The position numbers and the translations under genes were made by a program. This document shows positions 1 to 11,464 of a stretch of DNA of 64,000 nucleotides, in pieces (position 1 is the first letter of the stretch; each line of letters begins with the position of its first letter). The notes under the pieces are model-generated. The model ran no database searches. It had not been told where the DNA came from and worked only from the letters and a program-made list of their open reading frames with translations. This stretch comes from Tubiluchus corallicola (Eukaryota; Animalia; Priapulida): positions 1 through 64,000 of the forward strand of contig JAQGDQ010001058.1 of assembly GCA_030141605.1 (NCBI GenBank), given 5' to 3'.

Positions 1-246
1 AAGCTATTTTTGATCGTTGAACAACGGTAAACCTTATACATCATTCAAGGAAAAAAGTTCAGTGAAAATTCATATAGATAAATGATGATGGAATATTATC
101 AATATTTTTATTCTTGCACCCAAAATTTAATATGGAGAAAGAAGGATTTCGGCAAAATTGGAACTGGGTTAGATTCGAAACAGAGATTTTTTACTTATAA
201 GCTTGACGTTTCTGGCCACCGTTTGCGCTCACTCACATTTTTTTAA

Positions 247-749
247 AGGAAAGGCCAAACCTTCTGAGAAGTTGGGCTTATTTCTGTGCTAGCACAAAAT
301 GGTAGAAGGATTTAGTAATAAAACTGCAATAAGCGCCTCGTGTAATTAGTAAAATCACTTCAAAGTCGTGATCATTTCATGTTTGAACGTCTTGAACAAA
401 AGTACCTCACTGTCAATCTTCGTTGAAAGTATAATAAGTTTTTACGAAAAAGTTAGATAGCTAATCTTGTAGTATTTTTGCGTGAACATTAGATAAGCTG
501 CAGAAATTTGAATTAGTTTAAGCAGCTCGCGCTTACGGAAAGTCACGATGCGCTTACGAAAAGTCACGAAGTCTCCCAGTTAGGTCGTGATTTTTAAGGG
601 AATGGGGGCCTGAAAAATTTCTATTCAGAGGTGGTATATTTAAAAGACTTTATAGAGAGTTTTGTGTGCAAATTTATTTGTTATATTTTTCTATGTTTAA
701 GTGATAACAATAAAATAATCCCAACATACTGAGTGACTTCTTCTTTCCT
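247..749. mobile_element. TTAA-flanked MITE family A (Kolobok-like)
   Basis: TTAA|AGGAAAG...CTTTCCT|TTAA. Homologous to 1579-2086 and 49030-49567. Confidence 0.8.
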
Positions 750-980
750 TTAATAACAAATAAGTGTGTACTCCAGCTAGAACTTTCGTTAATTTGTAAT
801 TAATTGGTCCAACTTTCTTACGAATTCTGAGCCTATTACAGTTCATACTAATTATTTCATTCATACATACTCGATGATATCAGGATGAAAACGATAACTA
901 CAGTAGTGACATTGTTGGTTATTGTTGATGATTTTATGTCACTGCTGCTGCTGCTGATGTTGCTGATTATTCAGCATAAC

Positions 981-1123
981 TTTGAAATAGCTGATGTCGA
1001 GGAAGATAAATACGCACATCTTTTTACTCCTAACAATTACACGCTCACACACACACACGCACCCATGCAGGCACGCACACACACACACATGCGCACGCAC
1101 ACACACACACACACACACATGCG

Positions 1124-1163
<40 letters not shown>

Positions 1164-1201
1164 CGCACGCACGCACACACAAACACACACACACACGCAC
1201 A

Positions 1202-1287
<86 letters not shown>

Positions 1288-1686
1288 GACGCACCTATGA
1301 AAGAAAAAACGTTTTATCAAAGTTCATCTTTCACAGGGAGACATTTTTAATGAACTAACTGAACTAATCCTCTTTCTGCTTGAGATTTTCACGGAAGCTG
1401 CAGCAATAAAGCTTCATCACATGTTTGTTGTTACAAATCACAACAGTTTCAGCGGATTCTAGTTGTTAATTAAATATTGGGATCTTGACAATAAGTCAGG
1501 ATATTAAGCTTTGTAGAACTGATCCGCCCAGATGATGTACAAAAGTCTCTGCAGTCTGCACTGCCTAACAACGTTTAAAGGAAAAGACAAGTCACTGAGC
1601 AGGGTGTGTTTATTTTATTGTTATCACTTAAACTTACAAAAATCTAACAAAGAAATTTACAAAAATTGTCTATAAAGCAAAATGTT
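981..1686 (+). repeat. Left arm of long inverted repeat
   Basis: Reverse complement of 9637-10248. Confidence 0.9.
1046..1286. repeat. (CA)n microsatellite
   Basis: Seen directly. Confidence 0.98.
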
Positions 1687-2086
1687 AGTTTATACTAGCG
1701 CTATATAGAAATTTTTAGACACGATGGTGACCGCCATTCACTTGAAAATTATGACGTGACTGGTGGACTTTGTGACTTTTCGTTAGAGCATCGTGGTTTT
1801 CTGTAAGCGAGCACGGCTTAAACTCATTCAAACTTCGTAAAAATCGCAAAATTTGGTGTCCAATGTTTTGTAGAAACTTATTATAGTTTTAACGGAAATT
1901 AACAGTGCGCTGCTTTTCTTCAGCCGATGAACAACAAATGAACGTTCAAAACGTGAAATGATCGCGACTTTAAAGTGATTTTACTAGTTACACGAGGCGC
2001 TTATTGCAGTTTTATTACTAAATTCTTCTAAAAATTTTCGCGAACATTGAAATAAGCCTAACCTCCTAGAAAACTTGACCTTTCCT
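1579..2086. mobile_element. TTAA MITE family A (opposite orientation)
   Basis: TTAA|AGGAAAAG...TTTCCT|TTAA. Confidence 0.8.
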
Positions 2087-2440
2087 TTAATTTAAATTTT
2101 AGTGCAAAGAAGAAAAATGAGGGTAATGGAGGTCAATATAAAGTAATTTGCAATATATTTACATGGACAGTGAAACAAAAAAAGAGGAACTTAAAAACCT
2201 AAAAAACATTAAAAAACTAAATTGTAACTACATTTTTCAATTTATTTTATGCGCGTGCATAAATATTGTATGTATATATAAATTAAATTTTAATGGGCGC
2301 GTTCGTCCTATGGCAGTTCTCATTTATATCGAGTAACTCAGTAATTTATGATCAGCCACATTTGGAAGAATAATTGATGGCAATTAGAAACGTAGAAACG
2401 TTATTTTTGTTGCACAGACTGCAGTAATGTGAAGCTGTAT

Positions 2441-2465
2441 GTAGTGGTAGTAGTGGTCGTAGTGT

Positions 2466-2563
<98 letters not shown>
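2441..2563. repeat. (GTA)n microsatellite
   Basis: Seen directly. Confidence 0.98.
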
Positions 2564-3093
2564 TATCAGTCAGTAATTTCTCCGGGAGGCATTTTGCAAA
2601 GGATCCTCAATGTGAAATGGGCCTTAGGCTTTGAGTAAAGAAATTACAGAATTGTGTTTGAAGAATTAAACAAAAACTTTTAAATACGGACAAGTCATCA
2701 TACTTCCGCTTACACGATTGTTCTTTTAATGTAAATACGTGCATACAATATTATAGTACTACTAATATAATACTGTCATTATACGTGATAAATACTTACA
2801 ATTACGATTGTATTCATGTAATTCAATATTTCATTTCTTCATTTCGTTTAGTGTGCAAAATGTTTAGCCTTAGGCATTATTATGTGCGAAATCCTGCAAA
2901 ATCAACTTAAATCGGCGATATTTTTCAAATTGTGTAGAAAATTTTTGATTCCAATGATATTTGTATGTATACCAGCATGAGCTACTTAGCACTGAAACGA
3001 ATAAATAAATTAATTAGCCTCAGTTGCTGAAAATTTAGTTCTCTAAAGAACGGATTTTTGGTAATCTGGCATTGCTAATGAACCACAGGATTT

Positions 3094-3459
3094 AATAAGT
3101 CTTTTCACAGTTTCGGTGTGCTCATGCGCAGTTGTTGTAGGTCAAAGGTTTCATGTACCACAGCAACGTGTCTTAACTATAACATTAATATGACGCGTGG
3201 GTAAAGCAAAACCGTCTGCCGCATCAGTTCAGTGACTTCAGTGGACTTTTCTTAACTATGCATTATTCTGCGCGTAGAATGATTTATTAGCAAGATCTTG
3301 CTTAGGAACAAGAAAAAATAAACTAGTTAAAACTGATACTGTTACAATAGCATGAGCCGCGAGGCTTTGTCAAGTGTACACAAATGTGTTATCTGTTACA
3401 CTTAACTTTTGACTTTTTCACGATCATCATCAATCGCTAGAACTGTGAAAAGGCTTAAT
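3094..3459. mobile_element. MITE family D (TIR AATAAGCCTTTTCACAGTT)
   Basis: TIRs at both ends. Other copies at 28234-28515, 30059-30445, 41381-41784, and a split copy at 58002-58170/59008-59165. Confidence 0.75.
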
Positions 3460-3941
3460 ACAGTTTTGTTACGACACGATGCGCTTTTTGCGATGGATAT
3501 CATGCTGTTAAGACACGAACAAAAGATTTAATCAAAAGTAGCTAATCAGGTGGTGACGCCATTTTGTTTGACTTACCGACACTTACAAGTGGGCGAATCT
3601 CTCTGCAGAAGCCAGTGATATTTTTATTACTAAATATCATCATTTAAAAACTACCATCGCATCTCTTTGAACATCACCTTTTTCTAATCTCACACTGGAG
3701 AAGACATCGAAAATGAATTGCAACGCTTTTTTTTCGCGAAGCCACGTTGATATCAAGTCTATCAAGTTTGTTGCCGATGCTGGGATCGTAGTTTAGAAAT
3801 GGAAAACCACATCGTATACAACAACGACATCATTGACAACTGTGACATTCAAAACTAGACTAGTTCTTTTTTATATACGTATAAAACTCTTTAATAAGAA
3901 AATTTTATGTGTTCAGATGATATTAAAATCATGCTATTTAA

Positions 3942-4617
3942 AGGACAAGAAAAGTGGTACCTGAAGTAGGTTTCAGGAAAATCGCCTTAAAATTATACTA
4001 CTTCACAGCAATTTTATGCACATATCGTAGTCGCTAAGAAAGGAATTTTTGTTTGTTTTCATTTTAAATTTCCCACAATACTGTTCCGACGGCGCCATTA
4101 CATGACGTCACTACGCAAACGTAAATCGTAGGAAGAAAAGGAAATGTTAAAATAATTATGTCCCAAAAAACTTTCCGTGCAAGTCCATATTACTTAGCAT
4201 CTTGCTTACCTGCTGGAAGGACTTGTGTAACTAGAAATAGTAATTTAAAATGTAAAATGGGCCAATTGGTAAAATGTCGCTGACTCACCCTCCAGGGTGC
4301 ACCGCTCACTAGCCAAAAACGTATTTTTAATCTTATTGACAAGATACAGTAATTTAACATTTTACTTAGTTAGCAACAAGTGTGCTACGGATGCTCTGAT
4401 TATTTTTTCAAACTTTGCTCATTGTTATCTAAACATGTTTCAACGACCTACCATTAAAATGGCTGCGCCTAACGGTCAGTGAGTGACTTCAGATTACAAG
4501 TTTTATATAGCATTACGGCCAACGCAAGCCCTGCATGCAAAAAGGAAGCACGCAAATAGTATAAAATTTCGAGACTATTTTTTTAAACTTTATGTAAGTG
4601 GAGGGTTTTCTTGTGCT
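3942..4617. mobile_element. TTAA-flanked MITE family B
   Basis: TIR AGGACAAGAAAA / TTTTCTTGTGCT with TTAA flanks; 3 copies in the window. Confidence 0.85.
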
Positions 4618-4736
4618 TTAAGAGTTACTGCTGCAACGTTTACTGCACGTCTTTATAGAGTAATTATATTAATGGTATGATAAATTGACTGCGTCTTGTA
4701 TACAACAATGGTATCAGAAAACTGTTTCCCTTAAAG

Positions 4737-5952
4737 TACGATTGCAGTGCTTCTGGCATGTGTGTAAACCTATCTACGATTGCAGTGTTTCTGGCATGTG
4801 TGTAAACCTATCTACGATTGCAGTACTTCTGGCATGTGTGTAAACCTATCTACGATTGCAGTACTTCTGGCATGTGTGTAAATCTATCTACGATTGCAGT
4901 ACTTCTGGCAGGTGTGTAAATCTATCTACGATTGCAGTACTTCTGGCATGTGTGTAAACCTATCTACCATTGCAGTGCTTCTGGCATGTGTGTCAACCTA
5001 TCTACGATTGCAGTACTTCTGGCATGTGCGTAAACCTATCTACGATTGCAGTACTTCTGGCATGTGTGTAAATCTATCTACGATTGCAGTACTTCTGGCA
5101 GGTGTGTAAATCTATCTACGATTGCAGTACTTCTGGCATGTGTGTAAACCTATCTACCATTGCAGTGCTTCTGGCATGTGTGTCAACCTATCTACGATTG
5201 CAGTACTTCTGGCATGTGCGTAAACCTATCTACGATTGCAGTACTTCTGGCATGTGTGTAAACCTATCTACGATTGCTGTGCTTCTGGCAGGTGTGTAAA
5301 CTTATCTACGATTGCAGTGCTTCTGGCATGTGTGTAAACCTATTTACGATTGCAGTGCTTCTGGCATGTGTGTAAACCTATCTACGATTGCAATGTTTCC
5401 GGCATATGTATAAACCTATCTACGATTGCAATGTTTCTGGCAGGTATGTAAACCTATCTACGATTGCAGTACTTCTGACATGTGCGTAAACCTATCTACG
5501 ATTGCAGTACTTCTGGCATGTGTGTAAACCTATCTACGATTGCAGTACTTCTGGCATGTGTGTAAACCTATCTACGATTGCAGTACTTCTGGCATGTGTG
5601 TAAACCTATCTACGATTGCTGTGCTTCTGGCAGGTGTGTAAACCTATCTACGACTGCAATGTTTCTGGCATATGTATAAACCTATCTACGATTGCAATGT
5701 TTCTGGCATATGTGTAAACCTATCTACGATTGCAGTACTTCTGGCATGTGTGTAAACCTATCTACGATTGCAGTGCTTCTAGCATGTATGTAAGCCTAAC
5801 TACGATTGCAGTGCTTCTGGCATGTGTGTAAACCTAACTACGATTGCAGTGCTTCTGGCATGTGTGTAAACCTATCTCCGATTGCAGTACTTCTGGCATG
5901 TATGTAAACCTATCTACGATTGCAGTACTTCTAGCATGTATGCAAACCTATC
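4737..5952. repeat. 38-bp minisatellite, ~32 copies
   Basis: Unit TACGATTGCAGTACTTCTGGCATGTGTGTAAACCTATC; includes a 190-bp (5-unit) higher-order duplication. Confidence 0.97.
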
Positions 5953-6529
5953 TTTACCACATTTTAGTCATATTCGCAGAAGATCATGTTATAACGTTCG
6001 AAATAGGTTAATTCTGAACACTGGCAATAGTATTATAACTGCTATTATTAACTCACATAGACTTGTTAAATCTTGCTTTTTTGTGAAATGGAACGAATTA
6101 TTACATAATTAGCCTTTAAAATTTATTTAGCTTTTAATTTACTAACCCTGCATATAATTATATTTACTCTTGTAATTTTTATTTCATTGTATTTTATTTC
6201 GTTTTAGTACCGTCTTTGTATTTTATTTGGTCTTAGTTACCGAAATAAAAACTTGAATTGAATTGAATTAGATTGTATAAACAACGGAGGGGGGCACAGA
6301 GATACAGTTTCTCCTTTACTTGATGTCAAATGCCAATGTGAAATACCTTTTTTCCTAAACGATAGGAAAATTTAAAGTATAAATTTAAGCTTTTGTATTA
6401 ATTAGCAATTAAACCGATCAATTTAAGACGTTTGCAATTAAAACTTTAAGTATTCTTAGTTTCTAAATTAATAGATCGTAGTTAATTGCGTCTAATTTTG
6501 ACTATGAATTTAATCAAAACGTTATTATT

Positions 6530-7205
6530 ATTATTTAATGACGACAAAACTGATTTTATAATTTTTGGAAGTAAAAACCAATTATCAAAAGTTAAGCAGT
6601 CTTCTGTCCTTGTGGGCACTAATCTAATTGCGGTGTGAGATATAGTGAAAAGCTTGGAGTCATTCTAGATCATCATTTAACTATGTCTACCAATATTAAT
6701 AATGTGTGCAAAACTTCATATTTCTATTTAAGAAACATTTCTAAAATTAGTCCTTGTTTATCAAAACCAGCCAGTGAAACTCTTATCCACGCGTTTGTCA
6801 GTTCTCGATTAGACTATTGTAATAGCACACTTTTTGGTATTCCTCAATATCAGATTGATAAACTGCTACATGTACACAACACAGCGGCCCGAATTATTAC
6901 TCGTAAATATGATCACATAACTCATGTTCTCATGCAATTGCATTGGTTGCCCGTTTCTTTCAAAATAAAGTAAAAAAATCTCTTTTTAACATTCAAAGCT
7001 CTTAAAGGTTTAACCTTATATCAATTTTAATTCATCAACCTTGTTGTACCGCGTTATAATCTAGTCACATCTGGTTCTCATAGTTTTAGCATAGCGGCAC
7101 CAAAATTATGAAATGATTTACCAGTTCATGCACGATAATCAATATTGTTCAAATGTTCAAATCATTCCTTAAAACTTCTTTTTATAAAGAAGCCTTTTTA
7201 ATTAA
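6530..7205 (+). mobile_element. L2/CR1-group LINE 3' fragment (decayed ORF2)
   Basis: LNDDKT...LGVILDHHLTM...LIHAFVSSRLDYCNS...HNTAARII...LHWLPV; frameshifts and stops present. Confidence 0.88.
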
Positions 7206-8323
7206 TTATATATTTAATATGGACTTATGGATTTAATTATGACTAATTTCTAGTGATTTTTATATACATATATTATGATTTTAGTTTTATCTATAATGGC
7301 CAATTGTGTATGTACTGTTCATGCGTTAATATTTTATGTATGTAAAATGCATTTGTCCATTTTTAATCTTAATGCATTTTAAATGTTCAATAAACTATTA
7401 TTATTTTTATTATTATTGTTGTTGTTGTTGTTGTTATTATTATTATAATTATTATTATTATTAAGTATATTTATAAAATATACATTATTTCATAAAAGAC
7501 AAGACTGGCAGGCTATGTTAGCTCTTACGCCAGCCTATATTGCTAAGTGGCAAAATTAAAATACATCAGTTTACATTGGATAAAATTTGCATTACTTACA
7601 TTAAAAATACGATAAAATATAACACCGATAAAATATAAACAAAATGTTAATTTACCAAAATTGCGAGTGATCAATGAAGTAGGGTAATAATGTTTTATAG
7701 AAATATATCAAATTTGCAATATTTTAACAAGCAAGTTACGGCTGGCTTCCTAGTAAAAACTGACATGGATGAATTGACAAGGTCATACCTATTACTACAA
7801 ATCGTTCTGTTTGAAAATCATATTTATGCAAATTCGACATAAACATAATCATAGACACAAATTAATTTGCAAAACATGCGACCACGCCTTCTTACCTGTG
7901 ACAATGATCCATGAGTTTGTTGACCTTTGACACCATATTGCTAGAAGATTCTTTTTTCGTTTTTGTGGAAATTATAGAACCGGCTTCTCCTCTTGTGAAC
8001 AACGCTGAACGCTCAAATTCGCCTCAAATACGATCTTTGCTTAACAATTCAATGTCCTCTTTGTTTTTTTAGAATCAACTGTTTCAGAAAACGTTTTTAT
8101 AGGAATAATATTAGGGACCTTTAGTTCCAAAAATGCTGCTAGTGAACAGGTATCGTGTGAATTACGCGCGCAGAACCAAGCTAATATGATCGTCTGCTTT
8201 TATGCTTGTATTGTCTAGGGAACTTTGCACTGCGCATGCTCACAAGTCTCACTAGGCGTGGGAGAACAACCAACTGCGATTCTTGCGAAAGTGGGACGAA
8301 AACTAGCAGAAGTGTACATACTG

Positions 8324-8595
<272 letters not shown>

Positions 8596-8658
8596 TTCCG
8601 ATCTCGTTAACTCCTACCTCCTCATTCTCTTATCTTTTCGCCGCTCTCTTCTAATTTA

Positions 8659-8760
8659 AGTGGCCGAGTGGTCTAGGCAGCAGGTTGTTCGATGGTGGAC
8701 ACTCGGGTTCGACTCCCACAGCTGTCAATGCTAGGGCATATAACTTATTTATGTCATCTG
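8659..8760 (+). mobile_element. tRNA-derived SINE head (5'-truncated)
   Basis: A box TGGCCGAGTGG and B box GGTTCGACTCC; the 5' acceptor-stem strand is missing. Confidence 0.6.
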
Positions 8761-8917
8761 TCTATCGTTTCCACTTATTGTTATAAGTGAATCCGAAGTT
8801 AACCTACTATGGTTAATTATATTATGGTATATTAGCCAATTTAAATATTTATAAAACTAGGTAGGTTATTATATTCATCTGGAAATTCAACTAAACCTTT
8901 TTGTCTTATAAAATCCC

Positions 8918-8952
8918 GCAACAGCAACAACAACAACAACAACAGCAACAGC

Positions 8953-9025
<73 letters not shown>

Positions 9026-9070
9026 GCAGCAGCAGCAGCAGCAGCTACAACAACAACAACAACAACAGCA
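8918..9070. repeat. (CAA/CAG)n microsatellite
   Basis: Seen directly. Confidence 0.98.
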
Positions 9071-9636
9071 AAATTCTCTAATCAAAACATTCTCTCTTTT
9101 TCTTGGCCTCCTGATATGGACTGCTTTTGTCGGGACTAGAAGAACTAAGAGATTATATGTCGTTTACCATGCAGCTCCTATTAAAATGAGAATTTTATGA
9201 AAAAATGCGAGAATCTTTGTTCTCTTGAGGACAGATTAACAAACATTCTAGACCGAGCCAAAAGCAGTGCAGTAGTTAGACAGCTCTGCTATGGATAATT
9301 ATGATTTATGATGATCTAAAAATAGAAGCTCTATCTGTTTCTCTTTTACTATCTTAATAATGTCTCATTACTTGAATTTGCTGTTTGACTGCATGCTGCC
9401 AACGCGTCACTGTCACTTTTCTCCAAAAAGTGCAACTTACTGAGTAAAACGCAAGACTCAAAAACATCAGGGTATAACGGAGCAATTCACTGTAATGAAT
9501 GGCATTTTGAAAGTTTTTTTTTCTTAGTATAACCTACAAATGAGCCTATAGCTAGGCGTCAAGTCACGTGATGTGGTTCATTCGCTTCTTCGTGATCTTA
9601 AATTTACAGAAATATTCAGAGGCAGTATAATTATTT

Positions 9637-10032
9637 TAAACGTTTGCTTTATAGGCAGTTCTTTGTTAGAGTTTTGTAAGTTTAAGTGATAACAATAAAA
9701 TAAACCCATCGTGCTAGGGGTGACTTGTCCTTTCCTTTAAACGTTGTTAGGCAGTGCAGACTGCAGAGACTTTTGTACATCATCTGGGCGGATCAGTTCT
9801 ACAAAGCTTAATATCCTGACTTATTGTCAAGATCCCAATATTTAATTAACAACTAGAATCCGCTGAAACTGTTGTGATTTGTAACAAAAAACAGGTGATG
9901 AAGCTTTATTGCTGCAGCTTCCGTGAAAATCTCAAGCAGAAAGAGGATTAGTTCAGTTAGTTCATTAAAAATGTCTCCCTGTGAAAGATGAACTTTGATA
10001 AAACGTTTTTTCTTTCATAGGTGCGTCTGTGA

Positions 10033-10068
<36 letters not shown>

Positions 10069-10248
10069 GTGTGTGTGTGTGCGTGCACGTGTGCGTGTGT
10101 GTGTGTGTGTGTTGGTGTGTGTGTGTGTGTGTTGGTGTGTGTGTGTGTTGGTGTGTGTGTGTGTGTGTGTGCATGCATGAGAGCGTGTAATTGCTCGGGG
10201 TAAAAAGATGTGCGAGTTTATCTTCCTCGATGTCAGCTATTTCAAAAT
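9637..10248 (-). repeat. Right arm of long inverted repeat
   Basis: Reverse complement of 981-1686. Confidence 0.9.
10028..10172. repeat. (GT)n microsatellite
   Basis: Seen directly. Confidence 0.97.
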
Positions 10249-10584
10249 TGTGTTAAATTTAGATTTATTTTGTGATCTTGTTCGTGATCTTAAATTTACA
10301 AAAGTATAGAGAAAAATTAATGTTCATTTAGTCTATCTGTTTTTTCTTCACCACATGACCATCTTCATAAACGGTTCTTCCTCCTTACAACAAAACTGAA
10401 TTCACGATTCAGTTTCTTATTTTGCTCTATTTTCTGTTATTCGGGCTAACGTAACTTATTTTCGTTGCATTCTATTTTGCTTTTGCTCAAATGGTAGGCC
10501 TAATTGGCTTGCTGGGCTAAGTATACCTCATGATTATGACAAGTGGTCATTTGGTAGACCCAAGCATTACCTTGGTGTAATGAT

Positions 10585-10939
10585 GAGGCATGAGCATTCT
10601 CTTTCAGAAAGCGAATTTGAATCGAGTCGAATTTGTGAGTCTCGAATTTGAATCAGACCAAATGTCAGGATTGCGAATTCGTATCGACTTAGGTTGAGTT
10701 TTCGAGCCGCAAGTAAGAAGCGATCTTACAATGACCACGCATATTACTCGATTTTGTTCTACAGTAATTTGTTTAGAAATTGTGTACAGAAATCACAATT
10801 AAACTGTACTAATTATATGATGTTTCAAACGTTTTAATGATAAAGAACGTATGCAGTTGAAGTGCTGAATTATTCGAATTATTGAAATCTATAATAATTT
10901 TAGGTTCGAATCAAATTCGAGTGTTCGATACTCGTGCCT
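10585..10939. mobile_element. hAT-like MITE family F (reverse orientation, degenerate)
   Basis: Reverse-complement homology to 12037-12408; TTCGAAT-rich subterminal repeats. Confidence 0.7.
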
Positions 10940-10971
10940 TATAACTATGATGATGATGATGATAACAACAT

Positions 10972-11013
<42 letters not shown>

Positions 11014-11323
11014 AATTCGATGTTGTCGATAATAATTATTCGATAATAATTCCTGGTGTACATGTGAGTTCGTCAGACTCAATGAGTTACTTATGATTAT
11101 GAAAATTTTTGTTCACCAAAAAGCGGAACCGTGCCAGAGCGCGGCTGAGCGCCTTCATATAAGCTTTTTAAATTTACTAAAAGCTTGTAGATGGCGCTAC
11201 AGCGCTACATTGAAACACGCGATTGAGCAAAGTAGATTTTCTCAGGGAATCAGCGTGGGCCACAGCGTCCAAGAGCCCAGAGCAGTAAAGTTGAGTAAAT
11301 ATTTTAAATTGCTCGGCAGGTAA

Positions 11324-11464
11324 ATGTCAAATATGAGTGCTCAGATTTTGAGGACATTGCTAGATTCATTGCCTAATTTATTCGGTTTATCGCAGAACGA
11401 GTTGATAAAATGGATGGTATATCTTGAAATCGTGACGACTGCTATTCTTATTCCTGTACTTAAG
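11324..11464 (+). CDS. SRD5A1: SRD5A exon 1
   Basis: ATG...AAG|gtttgt, phase 0, in frame with exon 2. Least conserved exon. Confidence 0.7.

Noticed and set aside
885-1358. HT/CV-repeat ORFs (also poly-V 2429, SL 8206, poly-Q 8901, 9957, 63082)
   Set aside because: Microsatellite translations.
4737-5952. CRISPR-like appearance of the 38-bp repeats (also the 25-, 45- and 44/56-bp arrays)
   Set aside because: Units are contiguous with no unique spacers, there are no cas genes, and the context is eukaryotic.
8659-8730. Possible tRNA gene
   Set aside because: A and B boxes are present, but there is no 5' acceptor-stem strand or clear anticodon arm; treated as a SINE head.
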